Source: Lama glama
Lineage: Eukaryota
Direction: 5' to 3'
NCBI GenBank assembly: GCA_028534125.1
Contig: CM052817.1
Location: 62,622,001-62,686,000 of the forward strand
Length of the DNA: 64,000 nucleotides
Below are positions 1-12,696 of the stretch, piece after piece. The first letter of the stretch is position 1; each line of letters begins with the position of its first letter. The notes beneath the pieces were generated by a model, which saw nothing but the letters and a program-made list of their open reading frames with translations, had not been told where the DNA came from and ran no database searches. Both the position numbers and the translations under genes were made by a program.

Positions 1-619
1 TCCTATTTGGTCTGTTTGTTTGTGTGCCACTGGATAGCTCGTTCTTCAAAAGTACCCTTTCTTACCTCATCCCATGGCCCGTAGCCCCTGACACAGCGAC
101 ACTTACTCCTTTCCCTTCAGACTCCGCAGTCTGAATCTCAGTGTCGGGACAGAGAGAGCACTGGCCTCATGAATGCTGTAGTACACAGTACCAGTAACAG
201 CACAATCCATTTCGGATTATCTTTAAAGAGATGGCTGCATTCAGTGTATGAAATTTAAGGTCCTCCACTTGCAAACAACTTCTCATGTTTAGATCATGGG
301 AGATTTTGCTCAGCAACACTACACAGTAATGCTGTAGGTATATAATTTCTGGGAAGAAAAGATAATTGATGATCCTCTTCTCCTCTGTATGGGACAAATT
401 ATAATTTGTCATATGCTCATTTCTAGTGGTCCCACTCATTCATTCATTTAATTATCTAAGCAATAAGCATACATATAGTGTATTCGGTCAAAGCATCCCC
501 CTTAGGTGATGCAAAAATAAAAACTACAGTTTGTGCCAAAGATCTCGCATGCTATGGAGGAAAGAGAAAAACAATAATAATAGCAAAAACAATCATGATG
601 ATAGTATCTACTTTTTATT

Positions 620-835
620 TATTGACACGTACTTTGAGTCATGGCCTGTCCCCATTCTTTCTATAACTCATTTAAGCCTCACAACACCATATACTATTAT
701 TACTATCATATAATATTAAGTATTATTACCCCCATTTTAGCAGTGAATCAGAGAAGTTAGGTCAATTACACAAGGTCACGCAACTTTTAAATGACAAAGC
801 TTGGATGATAATTCCTGCCTACCTGACTCTGAAGC
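620..835 (-). mobile_element. MIR SINE remnant
   Basis: CTCATTTAAGCCTCACAAC...CCCCATTTTAGCAG...AAGGTCACGCAAC...GACTCTGAAGC resembles the reverse complement of the MIR core (recalled consensus); boundaries approximate. Confidence 0.65.
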
Positions 836-869
836 TTGTATAAACTAATATTCACAATTTTAGACTTTC

Positions 870-1230
870 AGAGAAAATCATAATACAGTGCTATGTAAAA
901 GATATGAAAAGGATGCTTTGCAAGAAAAGAAGGCCGTGGTAAGAGGTTTCGTTCAGGGAATTTTTCAAACAGGAGGCATGACAGGAACTGAAGCTTTGAA
1001 GTGTCTTGGGCCAGAAGATAAGACAGGGCAAAGAACAGGGGAGAGTTTAACCCTTGAAAAGAACCACACACAGTTCTGAAGTGCTGAACTTTAAGGGAAA
1101 GTAAAACATAAAAACTGGAGAGTTAGGCAAAGGCCAAATTCTAGAAGCCTTGCATGTTTCCGTAAGGGGCTTAAACTTTGTGATAGCAGTGAGGAGCCAC
1201 TAAAGAATTTTAAAGCAGGAGAGCATACAC
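870..1230 (-). mobile_element. L2 LINE remnant
   Basis: Purine-rich text ending GGGCTTAAACTTTG...GAGGAGCCACTAAAGAATTTTAAAGCAGG, typical of antisense L2. Confidence 0.55.
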
Positions 1231-2089
1231 TATGTGTCAGAATATATGTCAATACTTAAAATAAGATTATTCTCCACTTTCCAGTTTGGCAGATACGCAA
1301 ATGAAAAAAAAAGTTTTATGTTTTTCACATTCGTGATGAGGTAGTTGTATTTTTGTTAATTTAGATAGACATGTATACCAATATATTATATCACATAACT
1401 AATTAACTTAGAATTTTTGCTTTATCCCACTCTCTCATTTCAAACTCTCTAGTCAGTATCTGTGGCGTTAATACCATCCGGATCACTTGAGATGCTTTTT
1501 GAATCAGCTAGCATACTTTTCCAGAGCACATCACTTCATTTCCATAAAAGTCGTATGAGATGTAACACATTGTGAATCTATATTTCAAGCTGTCTTTGGA
1601 AATTATATTCACCTGCAAGAATCCATTTCTTAAAAGAAATTATCTTATAGGACAGGATTGGAAATATAACTCAGTCTATCGCCAGAATTTACACACTTAC
1701 TGATTTTTTATGAATGATAATAAGCTGACTTGTATACAATGACGCAGACCTTTGTAACTCTTAGCTCAAAACCTCACAAAATAGTATTAAATCTACCTTT
1801 TATTGACTACTTACTGTGTGCTCCACATTTTAAAGATTCCTCTACACACGTTTTCTCACTATTACAGCCCAGTCATCATCGATTTAGGACAAGCTACTGT
1901 GGACTCTGGCATATACAGAATGTATTCTGTTAACTTTAATTATTGGACAAATGATTGTAACAGACGTAGTTACTAGCAAGAGCTATTCCTTAAAATATTA
2001 ATTTGTTTTTAACTGCATATTTTTATCCTCACTTGTCACTGTGTGATATTGCAGGTTAGTAGGAAGTGGTGTATGAGACTCACTTTCTG

Positions 2090-2465
2090 CAGCTGTAGCA
2101 AAACTTGATTGTGTTAAGCTTAGTACTTTGACCAGCATTTAGAACTTGGACCATTTAATGAGTATGACATGATACTTCTTTATTGCTTTAATACATTATC
2201 CCCTGCTTCTAGTAATTCTGGGCATATTTTTCTGTGTTTATTGGCAATTTGGATTTTTTTTTCTTCTGTGAATTCTTCTGCACTCATTTTTTTTTTTGGT
2301 TTGGTTTTTCCTTTTACCATTTATTTGTGGTATTATTTCATATATTTTGGACTTAGAGTCTTTGCTGATTATGTGTTTGAAATATTTCACCCCATGCTGG
2401 GGCTTCTCTTTTAACTTTGTCCACCATGTCTTATGCTGAAGAAGCATTTCCCAACTCAGTCCAAA
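2090..2465 (-). mobile_element. Old L1 (L1M-type) fragment, antisense
   Basis: T-rich GGGCATATTTTTCTGTGTTTATTGGCAATTTGGATT...TTCTTCTGTGAATT resembles antisense L1 ORF2 3' region. Confidence 0.65.
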
Positions 2466-3234
2466 CAAATACAGAGACTACTTTCTTTTGTAGATCCATC
2501 AGCATTTTAATTAACTGGCCCATTACCAGTATTGTATCATATGGTCATATGTGGATAGATAAAGGAGTGGAAAACACCAAGTGCATTATAGATTAAGTGA
2601 GGAAGAATTCCATATAAAGATGACTAAAAGCGGATAATATACTTTAGCTGAGAAATCATGGGAAATTGAAGTGGTTTTGAGAAAACAAGCTATGTAAATG
2701 TAAGGATGAAAAATGTAATATATGGTTCAGAGTACACACATTAGTCATCCTTTTCCTCTTATATACTGGGTATTGAGGTTCTTGGTTGTTTAAATGTCAG
2801 ATATTTTCTTTGATGTTGACATTTTCTATAAACCTAGAATCCATTTTTTTAAACAGAACAAGCTTAGATTGTAAAATGTCACTTGCTGTTACTTTCTAGA
2901 AATACATGCCTGAATGTGGAGTGAATCACTGGGCTGGTATATGTACTACTGCAATGGATACTTGCAAAACATCTCACGTCAAGAGCTAATTAACTTTCCT
3001 GGTACCTAGGTAAAAGTGGTGGCCTTTAAAAAATTTTATTTCTTATGCAGGGGAAAAAAAAAATCAAAGAACTGAGTCTGTACTGCCAGCAGGTGAAAGC
3101 AAATCTGACAAAGATCAAAGTGTAATTACTATTGTTGTGTCAGATGAGAATGGTTTTGCTCAACTACCTCTACTCCAGTAACTTGCCTTTTATCTGCGTT
3201 ACAGAATTCTTTACATAATGTCTCTACATGAGTT

Positions 3235-3405
3235 ACTTCTGGTTCTCAAAACTTTGTGCAATTGGCTGTATAAAAATTATTATCCCCATTTTAGAGGTGG
3301 AAAAACTGAGGCTCAAAAGTTAAGTGACTTGGTTGTAGTTAAGGCTCTATTAGCTTGTAGGTGGGCACATCCAGAATTTGTACCCAGGTCTTTGGAATTC
3401 GAAGG
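3235..3405 (-). mobile_element. MIR SINE remnant
   Basis: TATCCCCATTTTAGAGGTGGAAAAACTGAGGCTCAAAAGTTAAGTGACTTG is the antisense MIR core. Confidence 0.8.
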
Positions 3406-3555
3406 TCTGAGTTTGTTTTTTGTTTCTGTTTTGTTTTTCCCTTTACCTGACTATATCCCTAATTTGTATGTTGGGACCCTGATACTGTCAAATGGGCTCA
3501 CTATATAGCCAACATATCAGCCTGATACAGATGCTAACACGGATTGGTAGAGGAA

Positions 3556-4175
3556 TACATGGTTTTAAAACATGTACGGGGGAAGGGGGGAGTATAGCTC
3601 AGTGGTAGAGCACATGCTTAGCTTGCATGAAGTCCTGGGTTCAATACCCAGTACCTCCATTAAGAAAATATGTGTGCAAATTATTTGACACTATTTCCAT
3701 CAAAATGTGAAGTCTAATTCCCCTCTACTTTAATATGGGCCAGACTTCATCACTTTTGACTAACAGGATGTGGCAGAAGTGATGCTGCTTGGTTTCCAGG
3801 CTAAATCATAAGAGCACTATGGCTTCCTCTTGGCTCTCTCTCTCTCAGGACACTTGTTTTTGGAACCCATTCACTGTGCTGTGAGGAAGCCAAGCAGCCA
3901 CATGAAATGCCGGAGTGGGGAAGTTCTGGCCCCGGCCCCAGCCCCAGCAGAGGTCCAAGCCAACGTCCAGCATCAAATGCCAGGCAGGTGTATGGGGGAA
4001 TCTGCAGATGCTTTCAGCCTTTCAAGCTTCAGCTCACCCTACCTGATGCTGAGTGGAATACAGACAAGCTGTTCCCAAGCCCAGCCCAGCCCAGATCATA
4101 GATTCAGGAACAAAATAATAGTTGTCATTGTTTTAAGCCATTAAGTTTTGGGATGGTTTGAATACAATGAATACA
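3556..4175 (+). mobile_element. MaLR LTR (MLT1F/G/H-like), interrupted by a SINE
   Basis: GGCAGAAGTGATGCTG, GCTGTGAGGAAGCCAAGCAGCCACATG and terminal TTTTAAGCCATTAAGTTTTGGGATGGTTTG are MLT1 hallmarks; subfamily uncertain. Confidence 0.75.
3578..3664 (+). mobile_element. tRNA-derived SINE, camelid Vic-1-like
   Basis: G-rich head, A box TAGCTCAGTGG (3595-3605), B box GGTTCAATACC (3638-3648), ends CAGTACCTCCA plus A-rich tail; inserted at TT|AAAA with degenerate TSD AAAACATGTAC/AAAATATGTGT. Confidence 0.85.
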
Positions 4176-4559
4176 GCAAAAATATAGTTTCACTCACACT
4201 CATGTATTTAGCACTCCCTATGTGCTGACACCGCGCTTGGTGCTCGGAATGACAGGAAGAAACTAATAAGGGAACCAACATTTGCAGATACTGTGATTTG
4301 TGGAGCCTTATGTGTATTATCCCAAATCACTCTCAAAATAAGCAGTAAAGACGTTATAATAATCTTAATCTGGCAGAGAAGAAACGGGAGAAGCAAAGTT
4401 AAGAGATTACCTTTGATTACAGTACTGGTCAACAGCAGAACTAAGATATAAGCTTAGTTTTTAGGACTCTGAGTTCATGTGTGGTCTTTCTCTATGTCAA
4501 AGAGTGATTAGGATGTTCTTGCTAAATATGAGGGTATTAAACTTGGGATAAGTTTGTAA

Positions 4560-5790
4560 CTATTAAGTGATTTAATAAATGCTGTAATAGAGGGATGTGC
4601 AGTGCTTCAGGAACATAGATGGCAAAATTATTCTTCATTCTGACCTCTCTTCCAGCCTTAATTAAGATTCCTTCACACTTTTGCATAAGAGTTATTAGTC
4701 ACTTGGGTGTTGAAAGAGGTTTGGGAGGAGAAGTGTTCAGAAGAACACTCAGATCAGAGGGAAAAATATAACAAAATCACAGATGCAAAGGGCCTGGGGA
4801 TAGGTGAGGAAGGACTAGGGTTTGGGCTGGTGTGAACATAGGGGACAAGGGTAGGAGAGGCTAGAGGCAAAGCTGAATGAGAGAAAGGAGTCAAGCCAAG
4901 AAAAGAGTTGGGCAAGACTTTATTTCTCAAGCGAGAGAGTTTGCATCTTATTCTAGAATCAGCCGGGAGTTGGGGATGTTTAAAACAAGGGGGTGTTTGA
5001 CCAGATTATTAGTTTAAAATGACAGGTTGGGTTGCCGTGTGGAGCTGTCATTTCAATGGTTAATGCAGTTAGGAAACCATTATTATAATCCTTGTGAGAA
5101 ATGAGGGGAACCTACAGAGAGGAGAAGCAGTTGTAATGAAGAGGAGAGAAGTGATTCTAGAGAGGTTTAAATAATTTTGAATTACTTTGAGTATGATTTA
5201 GATGGTCTGTTATTGGATGGATGGATAGTGAGTCCTTGATTCAAAGCAGAAGGTAGAAGGTGAGTATGTGTAAGAGGGAGGTTGAGTTGATATTTAAAAA
5301 TGATAAATCAGGAAAATTAAAAAAAAACCTTAATACAAATCTAAAAGTGTAAGTCTGTAGCTCAGCAAAAAGTCAGATTTGAAAGGTGGATATTTGAGAG
5401 TTAATGGAAGGAAGAGATAGGGAATGATTGAAAATAAATGAAATTATCTAGTGAATACTAAGGGGAGAGGGCAGAGAATAAGAGTGTAGGATATCAGATT
5501 ACTACTTAGGGGGATAATACTGGAAATGAGCCAGTGAAAGAGAATGAGAAACAGGTGTTAGAAAGAATGAGTAGAAATAAGAGAATATGATTTTCCGGGG
5601 TCCAAGAAAAAACAGGGAGCTAAAAGTAGCACAGGATGCAGAGAGTTTAGGTAGCATGCGTGCCAAAAACATGCCCATGACGTTTAGCAGGGAAGGTAGA
5701 CTGTAGCAGAGTAGGAGTTTGGAAAGGCTGAACAAAGGAGAACTGGATACTGCAAAGGGCAAAAGATACAGTTTCAAGAGCAGGAAGTTG
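4560..5790 (-). mobile_element. Long decayed L2 LINE, antisense
   Basis: Extended purine-rich tract with L2-like motifs (TTTATTCTAG..., GTCTGTAGCTCAG..., GAGCCAGTGAAAGAGAATGAGAA); highly diverged, boundaries approximate. Confidence 0.6.
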
Positions 5791-6210
5791 CTTTTGTTAA
5801 ATTTATCCAACTTATCTTCACTGAAACATCATCTATTTCTTCTTTAACATGTTTAGACTATTATTTGAGTTTGAGAGAAGTAAGTACGAAGCATGAGCTG
5901 ACAGTATCAAAAAGTCTGGTGAAACTGAGTTTAAGAGAGAGTGGGAAGTAAAGAAATCCTGACAATATATAAACAATGCTTTAGTAGTTTGCTGAAAGGA
6001 GGAAGAGAAATAGGGCAGTAGCTCAAAGATGATACAAAGTCAATTTTTTTTGAAATTAACATTTATACTAACATGGGTGATACCACATGTTATTTTTAAC
6101 ACCTATCTAAACATGCATACATATTAATATGCATTTGTAAAGGCTATGTAGATGTAGATGTAGATGTGTATAAATACACACACACAAATACAGGTATAAT
6201 ATATACATAT

Positions 6211-6492
6211 TGCACAGACTGAATGTTTATCTTACCCCCAAAATTCGTATGTTGAAACCAATCACAACATCATGGTACTTGGAGGTGAGGTCTTATAAAG
6301 GAGACCTCAGAGGTCTCCCTTGCCCCTTCCACCCATGTGAAGACACAGCACAAAGACAGAACCAGGAAACTGGATCTCACTAGACACTGAATCTGCCAGT
6401 GCCTTGATCTTGGACTTCCCAAGAAATAAATTCCTGTTGTTTAAGCGACCCAGTCTGTGGTATTTTTGTTATAGCCTGAATGGACTAAGGCA
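6211..6492 (+). mobile_element. MaLR LTR, MLT1A-like (internally deleted)
   Basis: TG...CA termini; GACTGAATGTTT...CCCCAAAATTCGTATGTTGAAACC start; CCTTGATCTTGGACTTCCC...AAATAAATTCCTGTTGTTTAAGCGACCCAGTCTGTGGTATTT end; flanks CATAT/AATAT resemble a 5-bp TSD. Confidence 0.85.
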
Positions 6493-7183
6493 AATATATA
6501 CATATTACTGTACATATATACTGTACATGTATCAATGTATAGATACACATGCATATGCATATATGTATTTTCAGACTAGAGATATTGGATGGAAATGGTA
6601 CAGTAAGTGGGAAAATTGATGTGAGAGACAGAATTGCTGGAGGGGTAGTCTGGGATAGCTGGCATCCTGCAGGCGAGAAGGAGCTGGCTTTTCCTACTTA
6701 CCTTCAAGTGAAGACGGTTCTTCCAGGTTATCAGGAGGGAAAAACACAGGTGGATACACAACAGGGAGGCTGGCAGATGTGGTGTCAGACATACGTGGAA
6801 GTTGTCTTCTGATTGCTCTACTTTCTCATAGAAATTGAAATCGCTGTAATAACTGGAGAAAGAAAGGGGGAAGTGCAGGTTACAGGTTTGAAGTCAGAGA
6901 AGGAACAGAATAGCGAGGCAGAGGAGTGAGAGCATGAATATGTGCAGGGATGTGGAGGGCCTGCTGGGCCTTACTCTGCAGTAAGGGAGGGAGGCTTTCA
7001 ATGAGAATAAGAAAAGGAACATCAGAAGAAAGGTTTAGGAAATGGGGATTCTCTAATGATTAATGGTACATTTCAAAGACAGTGGACTGATTTTAAGAGT
7101 TTGAATAGAGGGTGTACACATCCTTATGGAATGAGAATCTTGGTGATAAAGAATAATCTAGAAATATGAGATTTCCCATGATG

Positions 7184-7586
7184 TGTTATGACTGAAGACT
7201 CCCTTTTTAATGGAATCCTGACACTGCACCCCAAGTTGATATATCGAAGCCTCAGCACCCTCAACGTAACTTGAAGATAGTATTTGAAGATAGGGCCTTT
7301 ATAGTGTAAGTAAGGTTGCATGAGGTGTAGGGCTAGAACCCTGATCCGTTAGAATCAGTGTCCTTATAAGAGACCCAGTGAGCTGTCTGTCTGTCTTTCT
7401 GTCTCCCCCAAGTGAGAGCACAGCAATAAGGTAGCCATCTACGAGCAGAAAGAGAGACGTCGTTATGAATTGAATTGGTTGGCACCTTGATCTCGAACTT
7501 CCCAGACCCCAGAAATGTGTGAAATAAATTTCTGTAATTTAAACCACCCAGTCTATGGTGTTTTGTTTGTCTTGAGCGAACTGACA
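7184..7586 (+). mobile_element. MaLR LTR, MLT1A/B-like
   Basis: TGTTATGACTGAA start; GTATTTGAAGATAGGGCCTTTA; GTCCTTATAAGAGAC; CACCTTGATCTCGAACTTCCCAG...AAATAAATTTCTGT...CCCAGTCTATGG. Confidence 0.85.
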
Positions 7587-7761
7587 TGTGACGTCTGAAG
7601 TAAACAGAGATGAATAATGGAATGAGTTTTAGAGGGACCATCTCCATACAGGCTCTCTTGTGGGGCCGAGTATCATGGGTGAGAGAGAGAGGCAAGGGTC
7701 TTTGAGGAGCAGTTAGAGCCCTCATTTCACCACTTCACTTCTACTGATGCTGACGTGGAGG

Positions 7762-8698
7762 TGTCCTGGGGAAAGCTCAGTCCTCCTCCTGTGCTTCCCC
7801 TTCGCTCCCACACTGCTACCAGGCTCACAGCACTTCTGACGTGGGTGTGGGGGCCGTTTTCCCCACCAAGCAATTCTCTGCAATTCTCTGCAGTCGTGTG
7901 TCCTGCAATTTAATGGAATCCTGACACTACCTACCTGGAGACATATCAGTTCCCACAGGATAAGGGCTCAATCCCACAAGACCACTTCCATCCCACTTCA
8001 GATGTCAATCAAGTCCAGGTTGACAGCTGCGCTTCTAACCCGTTGGCTATAAATCTGAGGTTCCCAAGACCCCCCATCTTGCGTTCCATTAATTTGCTAG
8101 AAAAGCACATAGAACTCAGGGAAGTACTTATCTTTACCGGTTTTTTAAAGCATGTGATAAAGGATACAGATGAACAGCCACATGAAGAGATACAGAGGGT
8201 GAGGTCTTGGAGGGTCCTGAGCACAGAAGCATCTGTACCTGTGGATTTAGGATATGTCACCCTCCTGGTATGTGAATGTGTTCACCAAACTAGATCTCTC
8301 CAAACCTCAGCACACATTGTACTTACGGTACATATTTTTTTTTTCTTTGAGTCTGCATCAGATAGGCATGGTCAATTATTACCTCTGTTTCCAGCGCCTC
8401 TCCCCTCTCTGGAGAAGTGAGGAGGGTGGGGCTGAAAATTCCAAACTTCTTAGTACAGTTTGATCTTTCTGGTGACCTGTCTTCAACCAGGAGCCCACCC
8501 AGAGATGTCTCATTAGAACAAAAGCATTTCTACCATTCAAGAAATTCCAAGGGCTTTAGGAGCTCTGTGTCAGGGACCAGGTCAAAGACCAAATATTAGA
8601 ACAAATGATGTTCCTAGTGCTGTTATCACTTAGGAAATTACAAGGGTTTCAGGAACTTGGGGCAGAGACCTATACTATGTACTTTGCATTATCTCACA
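7762..8698 (-). mobile_element. ERV LTR, MER21-like
   Basis: TG...CA termini with flanks GGAGG/GAAGG (near 5-bp TSD); GGATACAGATGAACAGCCACATGAAGAGA and TTTAGGAGCTCTGTGTCAGG...AAGACCAAATAT match the recalled antisense MER21 consensus. Confidence 0.8.
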
Positions 8699-8720
8699 GA
8701 AGGCAGGGGAGGGAAGCAGG

Positions 8721-9172
8721 TGTTGCTGCTGCTTCATTTATTTCCTCTTTGCACTCACTGTTCCTGTGTGTGCTAACCCAGCAGACTTCTGCTGCAAGTG
8801 CTTGTGACTGCTTGCAGGGCACTCTGGCCACTGGAGAGCACTCGGCCCTGTGGAAGCACATCAGAAGTACTGGGATGTTAATTTTCCTGGGAGTAGCTCC
8901 CAACCGCTAACTGACAGCAGTTGGTGAATAAATCTCCCAACATTTTAGCCCTGAGTGAGGCAACTCTGAAGATTTTCCACGCAGTCTCCCAAAAGCTCTC
9001 TCTGGAACTGAGCCTCAGTTGTATAAAATGGTACCCTGCTCATCACTGGTCCTGCGCTGGATTCCTTTCTCCCCTGCTGTTTATCCATTCCCCTACAAGT
9101 GCTCCCCGGATCCCCTCTCTGGTAAACTGCTTGCATTCAGGTTTCACTTCTGGAGAAACACAATCTGAGACA
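8721..9172 (+). mobile_element. ERVL LTR, LTR16-family
   Basis: 3' end AAACTGCTTGCATTC...CTTCTGGAGAAACACAATCTGAGACA resembles the LTR16 terminus; 5' boundary approximate. Confidence 0.65.
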
Positions 9173-10929
9173 TCATTCTATATCAATTTCTAAGTTGTGG
9201 AAACTGCTTATCAAACATGAGTGAAAAGTTATACAAAAGTTACTTCCTTTTAATCTAGCCCCACTCAGTTTTACATATTATTACTATAGGCACAGAATAT
9301 TTCATAATTTCCTTCTTTGGTTAAATGCTATTAGTTTCCCATTATATGCTATAAAATATATCAGCAAATAATAAAAGTTGGTTATAAATCCAGTAAAAAC
9401 AAAAAATAAGTATAATTTAGTATACTACTTGTCTCAGAAATAACTAATACTAAGTTTTCATAATAGAAATTTAATATTGATCTAACCAAAAGCTAAGATA
9501 TGAATATACAGGAAGAATAGGGCAATTATATGGAACTTGTCATATGAGCTAAATGTCCATGACCACAGTGACCATCAGTAGATGCTGCCTAAATTGATAA
9601 ACCAAGAATTTTTGAAATTGTAATTTAGTCATGGAGATAAAAAACATAAAAACACAACAAAAAAATGTAAAATGGCTGCTTCTGGAGAGCAAGGCTGGAA
9701 GGTAGAGAGTCAAGGAGCAAGGAGGTGTGGTAATTAAACTTCTTCCCCGTCAACCTAATAATACTCTGATTTCTGAAAACTGTGTGCGTGTATATTTAAT
9801 AAAAAATAAAATACATATTACGCATTCTGCTGTCGTACACATGTACCCCTTTTTATACCACTTCCATATGTATTTGTGTCTTGAGATCATAGAGAAAACA
9901 AAGTTCTTTCATGAAAAATTAAGGCTGGAAAAAGAAGGCACTGGTCTCCTGGAGCCATCTCATGTCTAGCACATTTTTCAGTTCTTGTCTTTCACAAAAT
10001 TCATTCAGTTCTATAGTTGCCTAATGTCTTTACTTCTTAGGTAGCTAACTAGATGCTATGTTCTTTCAGTCAAGGGTCATGTTTTGTTCTTTTAGTAGAG
10101 AAATCACCAATACATTCTTAGGTCATTGACCTCTCTGATTATTACTCTTTCTCCTGCCTTCTTTCTTATCTTGCAAAGCAGGTCTAGGACTAAGGGAAAA
10201 AATACTAAATTTTTCTACATTGTATTGAAACATATGCACCTTTACTTTTTAGGTTATCTTGGTATATCTATTTTGAACTACACCTTTTCTTCTGTAAGCA
10301 ATTAAGGCCAGCATTTCTTTTTTCTTCTATTTTTGAGCCACTTAGTATCTCCCAGGTTTTAATGCCTCCTCTTCCTGTAAGACTTCTTCCTAATTATTGT
10401 CAGTTTATGATATATATGGGAAAACCTTTCATAGTAATCAAGAGAGATTGCTGAAGTGCTAATGTTCTCTTACACTAATTAATGTGCTCAGGTTTAGAAA
10501 TATATAACTGCACTTACCTTGAAAGTGCTTCAAACATTGTCTACAAAGCAGAATTATTATTAGTTTCAGCAGATCTGCAAGCAGAATTTTCACATTGCCA
10601 ATAAATAGACAGGAGAAACAAGAGGGATTTTTTTCTTTTTCTCTTTTCCTTCCTTCCTTCCTCTCTCCCCTCACCCCCTTCTTCTTTCTGTATTTCTGCA
10701 TTTGGGACTGAAATAGACTTCAGCACCTGTAAATGCAAATCAAGAAAGCTAATATGTATTACAAATAAAATGACACTTCTGTTGTGTATAAACGAATACC
10801 AATGCACTGAAAGAAAATACTTTCTTATCTACATTTTGCTTTCTTAATTTTAAACAGGCATTATTAGAGAAGGTTGAAAAGTCCCTTTTTTCAATTTTAT
10901 CCCTGTATATACCTTACTGTTCTTGTATG

Positions 10930-11090
10930 TGGTAAACATTTCTTTTCTTTTTTGCCATTTTAACCATTTTTAAGTACACAATTCACCATTGTCAAGTACA
11001 CTTACAATGTTGTAAAATCATCACCAGTATGAATTTTTAAAACTTTTTCATCATCCCAAACAAAAACTCTCATCCACTAAACAAAAACTT
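10930..11090 (-). mobile_element. L1 3' end fragment (L1MB-like), antisense
   Basis: TTTGCCATTTTAACCATTTTTAAGTACACAATTCA...ACAATGTTGT...AACTTTTTCATCATCCCAAACAAAAACTCT. Confidence 0.8.
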
Positions 11091-12596
11091 GATTTTTTTC
11101 CTATCAAACTATTAAAATTCTAATATAAATATACGGGGTTTGGGGAGTTTTGGTAATTGTTTACATGAAAAGAAAATCAGAAAAGCTAATTTAATTGAAG
11201 ATAATTATTTTTTAATTTGGCAATTTTCAGAGTTAAAAGAGATACATTCTGGTAATATAACAAAGCTTTGCCTTGATCTTAACTTCTCTTATGTCAATTA
11301 TCTTATCAAGGATTTTTCTTAATAGAAGAAAGTTGATTCTACTCTTTGGCTATCACTTTTGCATTCTTGGTAGCAGTTACCATTGCAGTGGTAACACAAG
11401 TTCTAGGCAGCCTTAATCAACATGGTTCTTATGCCTGTCGAGTAGATCTATTTTTCTTAACTGACCTTTCAAAAGTAGCCTTTAGAAGACAGATTGGAGC
11501 AAGCGGATAGTCTCATTCAAGAGGACACAGATGTGGAAATGCAAAGATGTTTAAATTATTTTCTAATTGAGATGTCTTTCTCCAGGCATAACGCTATTTA
11601 CAAAAATGTTTACCCTGTCCCGCAGTGCTGAATGACATGTATGAAGATGCTTGAATCATATCCACTATTGCACAAAGGCATTGAATTCTTTAAAAATAAT
11701 CTGTGAATAGCTGTTTTCCTAAACACAGTTACTTACCTATATATTTACCTGAGGTCAGATACATGTGATAAGAATTTTTAGAACCAAAGGTTCTTTCCAT
11801 GAAAAGAGTTTTTTTCCCCTGAGTCCTATTTGGACTTAAGATATACTGTGTGATTGACTATTTCAAGGGAGCTAATAATAAGCAAGACCATTTTACCACT
11901 GGAAATGATTAATTTATATGAAGATGTTTAATAGCTTCATTTTGGTTTTTTTTTCTGAGTGAAATTACAGATTTCTCCTTTTTTGCTATTAAAAAATCAC
12001 AAATTATACTCAAGGTAAATGATAAAGGATAATTAGATGGAAAATGTTTTCATAGAAACCTGAATATTAGACTCAATTACTCACTGATGAGCAAAATATC
12101 ATAATATACATTTATATTATATTTATATGAAAGTCTGTATAAATATGTAATCAGTAATGCATACGTATATAAACAAGTAAAATGTTATATAATATCTAGA
12201 TGGGATGTTTGTATTTGAAAGTCTAGGATAAGTGGTTCGTGTTAAGTTGTAATTTCAAACTTCTAAATTTCGTCCTCTTTTAGGACCAGTTTTGTAATGG
12301 ATGTTTCTCTGAGTGCTTGGAAATGAGTCATAAGGTAACATCTAACTTATTGCCTGTGACTAGTACTTTATAATGTATGTTAAATATATTTATGAATATT
12401 ATATAGTTTATAACATAACCTTATCTACTTCAATAGAATTAGACACTGACTATGAATGACATTATTTGAAAATAAGATGCAATTGCTTTTAATTTAATTC
12501 TTTCAGTTTTGCATTTTGAAAACCACAGAACAGCTCTTGACTTTCGCAGTTCAACACATTAGCATCTACTGCGGTTGAATGAGTACATTTTCAATA

Positions 12597-12696
12597 NNNN
12601 NNNNNNNNNNNNNNNNNNNNNNNNNNNNNNNNNNNNNNNNNNNNNNNNNNNNNNNNNNNNNNNNNNNNNNNNNNNNNNNNNNNNNNNNNNNNNNNN
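12597..12696. other. Assembly gap (100 N)
   Basis: Exactly 100 Ns, the usual placeholder for a gap of unknown size. Confidence 0.99.

Noticed and set aside
66..348. Minus-strand exon candidate (TTTTCTTCCCAG acceptor, GTAAGT/GTAAGA donors) and ORF 167-439
   Set aside because: Stops occur in all three frames and the peptide resembles nothing I recognise; a non-coding exon cannot be supported without RNA data
3586..3659. tRNA gene
   Set aside because: It has A and B boxes, but it sits in an LTR at an L1 target site with an A-rich tail and TSD-like flanks, which fits a tRNA-derived SINE
10518..10574. 57-nt minus-strand open exon candidate with AAG|GTAAGT donor
   Set aside because: Weak acceptor, unrecognised peptide and no consistent neighbouring exons; such donors occur many times by chance in 64 kb
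12284..12334. 51-nt plus-strand exon candidate (DQFCNGCFSECLEMSHK)
   Set aside because: Splice sites are plausible but there is no recognisable homology or partner exons
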